A stretch of DNA of 64,000 bases from Toensbergia leucococca. Its lineage: Eukaryota. The position numbers were made by a program, and so were the translations under genes. Where the stretch lies: assembly GCA_022813965.1 (NCBI GenBank), contig JALDZS010000033.1:62001-126000 (forward strand), in the 5' to 3' direction. Shown piece after piece: positions 37,768-47,980 of the stretch (position 1 is its first letter; each line of letters starts with the position of its first letter). The notes below the pieces were generated by a model. The model was not told the DNA's origin. It made no database searches and was given only the letters and a program-made list of their open reading frames with translations.

Positions 37768-39888
37768 ATGCTGTCTTCGACAATTTTCCTCCTTATACTT
37801 CTATCCGTGTTTACGCATGCACAATATCCACCGCCCGTAAGCACAGAATCCAACTTTACGACCATACATTCACCAGTCGACGGGAATATTTCTATAATGT
37901 TCAAAAGTCCGCCTATTGGGACTTGTACCACTGTCTTTCCGACCCAAAAACAATACACGGGCTACGTTCTGATTCCACCCTACACGCTTGCTCCTATACA
38001 GCAAAATTATTCCATTAATACCTTCTTCTGGTTCATCGAAGCTCGAACCAACTCGAGCACAGCCCCCTTGACAATCTACCTTAACGGTGGACCTGGTAGT
38101 AGCAGCATGGTCGGTCTATTCCAGGAAAGTGGGCCCTGTGAGGTTGTCGAGGTTGCACAAGGCCAGTTCGGTACTCAGGCCAGAAATTGGGGTTGGGACA
38201 GAAGCTCAAATGTTCTATATATTGATCAGCCTAACCAGGTTGGGTTTTCTTATGACACTCCTACAAACGGATCCCTTAACCTCTTGACTTCTGCGATTTC
38301 AATGCCCCCTTCGAATGCACCGATCAACCAGACCTCTTACACTTTCCTCAATGGTACGTTCAGCTCCGGCAATGGCAACGCAACGGCGAACACCACAGCT
38401 ATCGCTGCGCGCGCCTTATGGCACATGTTGCAAGGCTTCCTGGGTGCATTTCCTCAATACAACCCTAGTATGCAGGCAAATAGCACGCAGTCTGGCACGG
38501 TGGGAGTGAACCTTTTTGCCGAGAGCTACGGCGGGAAGTATGGACCAGCCTTTGCTGCTTTCTGCGAGAACCAGAATCTAGCCCGCAAGAATGGATCACT
38601 ACCAAGCAATAGAACCTTGGAAATCCGTCTGACCTCGTTGGGCATTATGCAAGGCTGCGTCGATGATCTTGTTCAAGGTCGATACTACCCCATCTTTGCC
38701 AACAACAATACCTACGGTATCCAGGCAATCAGCCTTACAGACGAGCAGACCGCTGCAAATAGTTTCATCAGCGCTAATGGCTGTCAGCAGCTCATCCAGA
38801 CCTGCCGAAATGCTGTAGCATCTATGGATCCTCAGGATGATGGCGACGTGACTACGGTGAACCAGATTTGTCAATCAGCTCAACAGAATTGCAACACAAA
38901 TGTCATTGCACCATATCAGGAATCTGGAAGGGACATTTACGATATAGCCCAACTCACACCAGATCCTTTTCCCCCAAGCGATTACCTGGAGTATCTTAAC
39001 TCCGCTGACGTGCAGGCTGCTATTGGGGCAGTGGTGAACTATACAGAGACTAGCTCTGTGGTAGCCAACGCATTTTTACAGACTGGTGATTATGAGCGTG
39101 GGGATCAAATATCTCAAATTGCCTATCTCCTATCTTTGGGCGTCCGGGTGGCCCTGATCTATGGCGACCGTGATTATATTTGCAACTGGTTCGGCGGAGA
39201 AGCTGTTTCTTTTTCAATAGCTGCCCAGTCGCCTTCATATTCACACTTTTACTCGGCCGGCTATGCTGATATCGTGGTCAACAGCACGTATATCGGCGGT
39301 GCTGTCCGTCAATACGGCAATCTCTCCTTTTCGCGAATTTATGATTCTGGCCATCTCATACCAGCCTACCAACCCGAAACCGCGTTCACAGTCTTCACAA
39401 GAGTTATCATGGGCACCGAGATTTCCACTGGCGAACCCGCAAATTTAACAAGCTACGTGTCCAACGGCACTGCCAATGCAACCTACACCAATACTGCTCC
39501 AAGCCAGTTAGATCCGACATGTTGGATTCGTAACATTGGCGGTTCTTGTTCAAACGAGCAACGAACCATGATTGAGAACGGACAAGGCGACGTCATTAAC
39601 GGTGTGTTGTACGACAAGGCCAGCGATTGGCAAGCACCTCCGTCTTCTATGTCGGTGGAGGCAGGCTTTCCTGGTACGCTGCCATCTTCGATGACAGCAA
39701 CATCAGGCATTGTATCTGGGAGCAGCATGATGGCAAGCAGTACCCAGGATGTGCCCACTGGGGTCTTCGTGGCTACGAGTACACCTACGATGACGAAGCA
39801 GCGGTCATCTTCAAAGAAGCGCCAAGTCGACGTGGCACTACTGACTCTGGGATGCCTCTTAATCGTAGCGAGACTTGCATTCCTCTGA
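37768..39888 (+). CDS. Serine carboxypeptidase (peptidase S10), secreted, probably GPI-anchored
   Basis: Signal peptide; YLNGGPGSSS, YIDQPNQVGFSY, AESYGG (catalytic Ser), GDRDYICN and SGHLIP; S/T-rich tail and hydrophobic C-terminus. An in-frame upstream micro-exon (ATGATG 37692-37697) is possible. Confidence 0.93.
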   Translation: MLSSTIFLLILLSVFTHAQYPPPVSTESNFTTIHSPVDGNISIMFKSPPIGTCTTVFPTQKQYTGYVLIPPYTLAPIQQNYSINTFFWFIEARTNSSTAPLTIYLNGGPGSSSMVGLFQESGPCEVVEVAQGQFGTQARNWGWDRSSNVLYIDQPNQVGFSYDTPTNGSLNLLTSAISMPPSNAPINQTSYTFLNGTFSSGNGNATANTTAIAARALWHMLQGFLGAFPQYNPSMQANSTQSGTVGVNLFAESYGGKYGPAFAAFCENQNLARKNGSLPSNRTLEIRLTSLGIMQGCVDDLVQGRYYPIFANNNTYGIQAISLTDEQTAANSFISANGCQQLIQTCRNAVASMDPQDDGDVTTVNQICQSAQQNCNTNVIAPYQESGRDIYDIAQLTPDPFPPSDYLEYLNSADVQAAIGAVVNYTETSSVVANAFLQTGDYERGDQISQIAYLLSLGVRVALIYGDRDYICNWFGGEAVSFSIAAQSPSYSHFYSAGYADIVVNSTYIGGAVRQYGNLSFSRIYDSGHLIPAYQPETAFTVFTRVIMGTEISTGEPANLTSYVSNGTANATYTNTAPSQLDPTCWIRNIGGSCSNEQRTMIENGQGDVINGVLYDKASDWQAPPSSMSVEAGFPGTLPSSMTATSGIVSGSSMMASSTQDVPTGVFVATSTPTMTKQRSSSKKRQVDVALLTLGCLLIVARLAFL

Positions 39889-40202
39889 ATAAGGCTTGAA
39901 CGCTGCTGCCTAATAGGGATGGTTGAATTGCTTTTGGAAGAGACATGCGAATGATTGCAAGGAGGGCGGGTTGTGTTAAAAAAGTCGTGCTTCGTAGATA
40001 CCCTCATAAAGCGTTGAATTTGGTTTAAATCGTTTCGAAGCTGCCGAGAATTGAATGCAAGAAAATGTAATGATAGAGACTTTTAGTGATGATTACCTTA
40101 ATGTTGTACTCGTAGAGTGCGTGAGTGGTACAATTGGCGGACACTCAAACCCTACAGACCCTCGTAGGGCTGAATCAAGTGTCATTGGTCAATCATCACA
40201 CA

Positions 40203-40215
40203 TTCTAGAGCTTTC
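40203..40215. promoter_or_regulatory. Imperfect heat-shock element upstream of AHA1
   Basis: TTCtaGAGctTTC has the nTTCnnGAAnnTTCn spacing with one mismatch and lies just upstream of the non-coding first exon of an Hsp90 co-chaperone gene. Confidence 0.3.
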
Positions 40216-40329
40216 GAAGCACAATTCCTCCATATATTATCAGACTCCACCAGCGTGGAATTCCACATCACCGTGGGCACTTTCCAAGTAAGTATAAGCT
40301 TCAACCTTTATTCTTCTCCGAATCTTCTC

Positions 40330-40423
40330 ATGATGAGACATCAGCTGGCACCAGTCCTAGAAAGACTTGTACTCTTTTTGCTGCGGATTAGCTTTACTGG
40401 GGCATAGATCTCCTTTCTTCTGA
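40330..40423 (+). ncRNA. Candidate intronic box C/D snoRNA in the AHA1 5'UTR intron
   Basis: Lies inside intron 40288-40488 (GTAAGT..GACTAAT..TAG). Box C ATGATGA is at 40330-40336 and box D CTGA at 40420-40423. GCTGGCACCAG (40344-40354) is complementary to the conserved 18S segment CUGGUGCCAGC. Confidence 0.6.
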
Positions 40424-40554
40424 CTCTTTCATTTTGGAACATCTATTCACACAGGACTTTCTAGCTTTGAGGCCGACTAATTGTTTAGGTCTCAGAATTT
40501 TCATCCGCTCCGAAACTAGGAAACAGTCGTTGACCCGCTCGACATCCATTTACC

Positions 40555-41751
40555 ATGGTCCTCCATAATCCAAACAATTGGCATTGGGTCAACAAAGATG
40601 CTTCGGAGTGGGCGAGAGACTATCTCGAGAAGACACTCACCGAAATCTCCGCTACAGAGGGCGATGTATCGGCTAAAGTAATCAAGGTTCTAAGCATGGA
40701 CGGAGATGTGGATGTGAACCAGCGGAAAGGCAAGGTCATCACACTATTCGATGTCAAGCTTAAATTGGAATACGAAGGTACTTTAGCGTTACATCATAAG
40801 CAATGTGTGTTATCTATGATACTGACGATGCGGTAGGAACGACGAAAGAAGGTGAGAATGTCAGTGGGACAATTACAATTCCCGAGGTAGCGCATGATAC
40901 AGAGGAAGATGAGTACGTCGTATGTTCCCTTTTTGACCCAACCGATGTTCCTTGTGAAAAGGAGCCTGATTGACATAATCTACAGTTTGATATCGATATC
41001 TACTCGGACGCCAGCTCCAAGCAACCCGTGAAAGACCTCGTCCGCTCAAAAATCGTCCCTCAGCTACGTACCCAACTCCATGAATTAGCTCCAGCTCTCA
41101 TTACCGAGCACGGCAAAGACCTTCAACACCCCCCCAATTCGAACCCCTCCACTGGTACCCAAACCCCCACCAGTACCACCACCTCCGCTCAGGCACATGC
41201 CAAACAATCCTCAACCACTACCTCCCAATCCACCGGCAAAGGTCCCCTTGTCAACACCACCTCCGTAAACTCCACCGAAGAATTCCGCACCACAGCTCAA
41301 GAGCTCTACCAAACCTTCACCGACCCCACCCGCCTTGCAGCCTTCACCCGCGCTCCGCCCAAACTCTTCGAGGGCGCCCACGTCGGGGGTAAGTTCGAGC
41401 TCTTTGGTGGCAATGTCAGTGGGGAATATGCCGAGCTGGAGGCACCCATCAAGATTGTGCAGAAGTGGCGGCTGGGGCAGTGGCCCGAGGGGCATTTTAG
41501 CAGGTTGGAGATTAAGTTTGATCAGAATGATCGGGATAGTGTTACTGTGATGAGGGTAGTATGGAATGGGGTGCCGGTTGGGCAGGAGGAGGTGACGAGG
41601 AGGAATTGGGGCGAGTATTATGTGAGGAGCATCAAGACTACTTTTGGGTGAGTCTACCGTCTTTCGTTTTGTGGTTCCCTTTTCTTGTCTGTGGTGGTGT
41701 TGCAACTAATGCTAACGTTGTGGCTTTCATAGCTTTGGTACGATCCTATAA
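40555..41751 (+). CDS. AHA1: Hsp90 ATPase activator Aha1
   Basis: MVLHNPNNWHWVNKD, VNQRKGKVITLFD, IPEVAHD and an AHSA1/START C-domain (KIVQKWR..YYVRSIKTTFGFGTIL*). Introns 40778-40836, 40920-40985 and 41648-41732. Confidence 0.96.
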
Positions 41752-41899
41752 AACCGACTGACGATATTCGGATACGACTAGCGAAGACGTCCAGGCGAAA
41801 CAGGCTCTTTCGAAATATCGTCCAAGACGTCCCTTTGTCACAGCGATCCATACTTTAGTATCTTAGACTAGATAGACCACCATCAAAACAGCCTTCACC

Positions 41900-43400
41900 C
41901 TTTCTAGAGAGTGATTCCACCCCATCCCCCGACCTTTGTTCCTGGCCCCCTCTTCATTTCCATCATGCTTATCCACCTAACTCCCATTTCCACTCAACCC
42001 CTTTCACTCAACCCCAATAATTCTTCCCCCGCCTCCGCCCAGCCAAATCCCTTCCATTCATCCCTCCCCCGACCCTATCATCCATCCCCGCTCCATTCCC
42101 CATTCCCTCGGCTATCCACCAGAGGAGAAATCCATCACACCCTCACTCACCTGCCTTCCCCCCCCCCAACTTTTTGCATCTCAATAAACTCACTCTCGTG
42201 ATTGAGTACAGATACTAAAGTAGAGTGATAGAGGCGAATGGATGGGAGGGATGGGAGGGGAGGGGAGGGGGGAGGGGAGGGGAGAAAGGGGTCAAGAGGC
42301 TCGGGTTTTTGTTGAGGCGAGGTAGGGAGGAGGGAGGGTGAAAGAGGGGGGGGGCAAGGGTTAGTTTTGTGTTTTCTTTCTCCTTTTTTTGGGAAGGGGG
42401 CAGGTATTGGGGTATTTTGGTTGTTTTTTTTGGGGGGGGGGGGAAGGTTTTTTTGTTCTGCTCTTTGCGGCGGTTGTTGTTGTTTCTCCTCATCCCACCT
42501 CCCCCCTCCCTGGCGGTGAAGCTTGAGTTTTTTATGTTGCTTTGGTGGGGCTGTTTGTGTGATATTTTTGGCTTTTTTTTGATTTGTTTTTTTTTTTTTG
42601 CCGCCTTGTTGGTGGAGAGATTCTGGGGGCCGGGGGGGGGAGGTGTGGGGTGGGCTTTGGTGTTTGAGAGGAAGGGTGGGGGAAGTGATTGGTTGAATAT
42701 GAGGGAGAGGGGGGGGGAGGATTGGTTCTTTTGACTTTTTGTGAGGTTGTAGTCTGATTCCTTGTTTTTTTTGAGCTGAATATTTTTGTTTTTTTTTTCC
42801 GGATAGGGGTGAGGTGAGAGGGGGAAAGTGGTATGAATTGAAGTTTGTGGTGTCATGAATTAAGGATTCTCCTTTTATTCTATTTTTTCCTGTCAGGGGA
42901 AAAGGGGGTGTTTTTTGTTTTTGAAAAGAATGAAGGATTTTTTTCTACTGATAGGGGGTTTTCCATTTTTTAAAATGCGTCAGTTTTGCTCACCCTGCTG
43001 TGAATTGAAAAGATAAGAGAGAGAATGAATGATGATTGTGAGTTTGAGGCAGGGGTGGCTACTGTATGAGGATGAGATGAGAATGAGGGAGTGTTATAAA
43101 AATGAGAGCTCTTGTAATGGGATGTGAAATGTCATTTTTGAAAGAAGGGCAGTTCTGAAGTTATAGAGTTTTTGTTTCTTGAAGAAGGGGACTGCTGGTT
43201 CGTGAGTGGGTGGGGTTGGTGGGCTTTGTCTGGGGGCGGAAGGTTGGTGGTTTGGATAGGAGGGGGGCGGTGTGAAGGCGTTGGATGAAGGGTTGGGTCT
43301 GAAAAATTGGTTGAGGGATAGTAGAGGGGGAGGATTAGAGATGCGGGACCATGAAAGGTTTGTTTTATGAGAGTGATTTATGTATGGTTGTATAATTTTC
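41900..43400. repeat. Low-complexity C-rich then G/T-rich homopolymer tract
   Basis: C/T-rich at 41900-42200, then long G and T runs at 42230-43400. No credible protein. Confidence 0.7.
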
Positions 43401-43989
43401 AAGGAGAGTTTGAGCCATGGGTGTTTCTCTGAAGAAGAGATTAGAGGAAGGTTGAGAGCAAGTGTCTTCCTGACAATTTTTCAAAAGTCCGCATGCTACC
43501 ATCTAAGAGCTCCTCATCTCCACCTGCTCCCTTTCGTACAGCTAGAAGCTAGATGCTCTTAAAGTATGGAATGCTACGCATGAGGAGGCAGTGAATCTTG
43601 GGATCGAGTCGTGCAAGTGAAGACTGCCCAACGCACCCATTTGCCTTTCAAACATAAAGTGAGGGGTTTCAAGCATGCTGCTGCGCGTTATCGTTCTGGG
43701 ATGCTCCAGAACTCTGTGAGAATAGGACGACAATGCTTCTCGATGAGGTAGCAAATGGTCAAAGTTAGGTATTAATTGAGGCTGTAATCACTAGTCTTTG
43801 GACGTGATGATGCGACTCGGACAGTCGTACAGTAGGTAAGTGGAGGATGGTAGAAAATTGCGCGTTCAATGCTTTCTACACCTTGTCCATTACAGACCAG
43901 CGTGTGATTGGTGCCTTGTCCGAACCCGACGACGCCCTGGTGGGATTCGGACAACGGAGTCTAACGGGAAGCCGAAAAGCTCCAGCCCA

Positions 43990-44400
43990 TTAGCACTCGA
44001 CAGGGTAACATAGACAATGACGGCAGGATTAGGTTTTCAGAAGTCTTTCTTCCTCTGCTTTATCTGTGTTGCTATTCGATTCCACACAATGGTATCAAAG
44101 ATCGCGTCCAAGCAGAAGGAACAATGGGCCCCTCTGCTCTATACTCTATACCTTTCATTGCTTTGCATCACTGTGGATACTCACCTATTACCTTTTGCAA
44201 ACAGATACACCAAGAAACTGACCCGCGCGATGAATGTAGTAGGAAGTGTCGTACGATTTATCGTCTAACAGAGTTTTCCGAGCCTCTCAATAGCATGATC
44301 GATCGATCCGAGGCCTATTGTTACTGTTTGGAGGCAGCTCCGATATTTATTGCAGTGATACTATTCAACCTGGGCACGGTTTTCGTAGGTCGACCACGCT
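43990..44400 (+). pseudogene. Degenerate RTA1-like (Rsb1/Rta1 7-TM) gene fragment
   Basis: AGLGFQ..F..VAIRFH, LLYTLYLSLLCIT, then in another frame RTIYRLTEFS..EAYCYCLEAAPIFIAVILFN. These are RTA1 C-terminal helices, but there is no intact N-terminal half, the splice sites are degenerate and the terminal HPG motif is lost. Confidence 0.65.
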
Positions 44401-46816
44401 CTACCTCGGACAAGTTAATCGGCGCGCCACTGCTTTTGTTGGAGAAGGCATTAAACGTTTAGGATCTGTGGCAACCCGCCAAGTGGCACTTTTCAGCTGT
44501 AATGGTCGTCTTTTCTTTACTCAAACGATGGTCCTGCGTTGGCATAGGCTTTCGAGTCATCAGTCTCCGTAGTCTGGATGTATTTTTATGAATTTTCCCT
44601 GGTTTTTTTTTAGTCGCGTGGAAAGAAACGTGAACCACAGTTGAAGCGTATTTGCTTGAGCACGTATCATTCTTTAGATTCTGCCTGGTTGGCTGAAGAG
44701 CGGACCTGCACTATCTCATTATACAATTATCAACGGACAAAGAAGCCAACTCGTACTGAATTCTCATTGACCACGTGCCTGAGAAATAATAAGGTACAAG
44801 GCTGAGGATAGCCCTGACATCAAGTCCGCCTTTCCGAGTAGACAGGCTCAATGCAGCGTCATGAACGTGAACGTAGTTCCACACCACTCCGAATCCTCTC
44901 AGAGATCATGCAGTGACCTGGGTTTCTGGCTCCCCCGAACTCCTCTTCGGGAGGGCGACCTGTTTACGGCAGCTGGGGGAAGCTAGTGGCGTGCGCGCTA
45001 AGACTTGCTGCCATCCAGAGCGACGGGGTCTCCGCATGACGGAGATGTCGCAGCTGACGAGGATGGCGCAGAGGATGATCGGAGATATTGGCAGAGGTGC
45101 GGGCCGGTGTGCGCGAAGTCGAGTGTGACATTCGCGTATGAGTAAGCGGAAGGACTTGCTCTTTCCAGACGAGGGACATGACGGGCCAATCGGGTAAAGA
45201 AGCTATGTGGCTATGTGGCTGACAAAGTGAAAAGAGGCTGAGGAAGCTAGCATTGAGATTTTCACGGCTATTTACTCCCCCACACACACATGTTCGTAGC
45301 TGAGTGACGAATGCAAAGTGAGTGCTAAGTGGATGGCTAGATGCTAGATGGGGTGCGCGTGGCATTACTATGCTTGATCATTCACTGCGCCTGCTGAAGA
45401 AGATCATGGCGATGAGTGACATGTCAGAAGTGACCTATTGTCTTAGCCACACACCTTGACTGTCCATACCCCTTCTGATGATATATTCAGTATCTTCACC
45501 AGCTATTGTCCATTCTTCATCATGACTCTTCGCATTGCCAAACTCTAGCCATCATTGCAGATTGCCCCACATCCTCGACCAACCATCAGCAGTGACCTCA
45601 ATTAAAGCCATCTTCTCTGGAACGTACTTTACATATCGCCAAACCCAAAGCTACCCCTTACACGGGCAGTCTAAATCCAGCAGCTTCAGAAATCTCGCCA
45701 GCTCTAGCAATCAGCCAATCATTCGGCTGAAACTGCTTCGATCCGTTATTAGTCATTCCAACGCGCGCCCCCTTCTCCCTTTCTACTGGCTGTCTCAGAT
45801 CGACTTGATTAGCGCCAAGGCTAAGCGAGACGTGTTTCTGCCAGCCCCTAGCCCAAAGCCGCTCCACCACTCGACGCGGGGCAGCAGTCAATTCCAACAG
45901 CTGTCTGGTGGGGAGACTGGGAGTATCGCCCAGTAGAACTCCGTGTTCTATTTCTTCCCAGACACTTGACAGGGGACTTGCTGGCAGAAGGGAAGCCATA
46001 AAGATCAAGCGTCTTCCGCCTCGACTTCGAAACATCCACATTGACAGAGCATCCATTCGACTTTCACTACCGAGTACTCCACTGGACTTCCCCCCTCACC
46101 GGCTTGAGGTACATAAAGGGAATCACGACCCGTCACCTTCTCCATCTTGCAGCTTATCCGACCAGCCTTTCGCTTCTTCCCTCTTCCCTTCTATCCGTCA
46201 GCCCAAAGCAGACCCGCCGATCCTCCGGTCAGGCACAGTTTGGCCTTGTTGGCTCTAAATCCATTTTAATCATAATCAGCCCTGGTTTGTGTAGCATCAC
46301 CAATTAAGCGAATCGCAACCAAGTCTTCCTCAGGGTCCTCTCTGCGTACTCGACTTATTCAATTAGAAACGACTGCAGCTATTCAATTCCGCCGGACGGA
46401 ATTTGCATAACTTCACTCGATACATCCGTTTTCCGTGACACGGACCTGCAATCGGCATCCTTACCTACCTGCCTAGTTACTTGACGCTTCTATTCAGTGT
46501 TGAAGCGCACCATTCCTTGAGAGATTACCACTTCACTCTTTCTCTTTCCGTCATCTGAGAAATTCACGCCTCTAATTGGTACTGCCGCCTCTCAGACTAA
46601 TTTTTATTAATACTATTGTGTCTCTGTCCACTACTTTCGGACTCGCCGTATCAACGCCTCAGCCTACCATCATCCACCAAACTATCCTCAAATCACATCT
46701 CTTCTAACATCATCAAGTCCTGACTGCGTCACGGCACAGCAAAAAGTTCAATTGAATATTATTTACTCTGTCCCTCAACCTCACTTGAAGTTTTTTGACA
46801 CTTTTCCTCCGCAACC

Positions 46817-47980
46817 ATGGCAGTTCCACCACCATCCCAGGAAAAGGCCGCGTTGGAGCACTTTGTCATGCTCCCAGTCTCTTCCTCCATGGTATCCTAC
46901 CTTGCCCAAAAAGCCGCCTCCGTAATCCGTTGCGGGCAGCAGCAACCGCAAACGAATAAACACCTCCCACCCACGCCACCAGCATCACCACCTCAGGAAG
47001 CTTCAGATCTAGGAGGGCCACTTCAGCCCGCCTTACCTCCCCTCGAAGTCTTCATCCAATCTCTTGTCGACCGCTCCCACGTCCAAGTCCCAACACTAAT
47101 GAGCTCCCTCATCTACCTCTCGCGCCTCCAACAGCGCCTCCCCCCAGTAGCAAAAGGCATGCGTTGTACCGTCCACAGGATCTTCCTCGCCTCGCTCATC
47201 CTCGCCGCCAAAAACCTCAATGACTCCTCTCCCAAAAACAAACACTGGGCTCGCTACTCCACCGTCCGCGGCTACGACTCCTTCGGCTTCTCCATCACCG
47301 AAGTCAACCTCATGGAAAAGCAGCTCCTCTTCCTGCTAGACTGGGACCTCCGCATCACGACCGATGACCTCCTCACCCACTTCGAGCCTTTCCTCGCCCC
47401 TATTCGCCAACGCCAACAACGCACCCAGCAACAACAACAATCCGACCAAGAATCCACCCGCCTCGTCCACCCCCACTCCCGCGATCTGCTCCAACAACAG
47501 CGCTCCTACTACGCAAAACCTCAACCCACTTACCCCAAACAAACAGCAAACATCTACCCCTCTCCCGCAAACAGCACCACCTCGACCCCACCCCGCCACC
47601 ACCACCGCAACCGCTCCATCTCCCCTCCCTCGGCAGACAACTGCCCCTCCCTCACCAGACCAACACCCTCCTCAACCTCCTCCTCCCGCTCCAGCAGCAC
47701 CTCTCCGCCCCCAACCCTCAAAACCCCGAATTCAACCTACTCCCCCTCCTCGGCCTACATCCCTATCATGTCCTCCTCTCCCTCCCCGCCCAACAAATAC
47801 CCCTACTACGACGACTTTACACCCGTGGGCGAATCTCTCTATCGATTGCGGCCTGTGCTTGGAGGGCATCAGGTCAGTTTCGATGAGAAGCCCGCGGCAA
47901 AAAAGGCCAAGGTGGCGGGTGGGGGGTTTATCAGTCGACTGATGATGAGTGCGACGGGGGGTTATGAGAGAAGAGCTTGA
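46817..47980 (+). CDS. PCL1: Pho85 cyclin, Pcl1/Pcl2 family
   Basis: LPPLEVFIQSLVDRSHVQVPTLMSSLIYL..GMRCTVHRIFLASLILAAKNLNDSSPKNKHW..EVNLMEKQLLFLLDWDL, followed by a PEST-like tail. Confidence 0.9.
   Translation: MAVPPPSQEKAALEHFVMLPVSSSMVSYLAQKAASVIRCGQQQPQTNKHLPPTPPASPPQEASDLGGPLQPALPPLEVFIQSLVDRSHVQVPTLMSSLIYLSRLQQRLPPVAKGMRCTVHRIFLASLILAAKNLNDSSPKNKHWARYSTVRGYDSFGFSITEVNLMEKQLLFLLDWDLRITTDDLLTHFEPFLAPIRQRQQRTQQQQQSDQESTRLVHPHSRDLLQQQRSYYAKPQPTYPKQTANIYPSPANSTTSTPPRHHHRNRSISPPSADNCPSLTRPTPSSTSSSRSSSTSPPPTLKTPNSTYSPSSAYIPIMSSSPSPPNKYPYYDDFTPVGESLYRLRPVLGGHQVSFDEKPAAKKAKVAGGGFISRLMMSATGGYERRA

Noticed and set aside
37856..37870. TACGACCATAC resembling the 5' end of fungal 5S rRNA
   Set aside because: It lies inside the carboxypeptidase CDS and the similarity does not extend.
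42215..42856. 213-aa and 121-aa ORFs in the G/T-rich tract (likewise ORFs at 28105-29067)
   Set aside because: These arise from homopolymer runs lacking stop codons, giving K/P/F/G-dominated composition with no domain.
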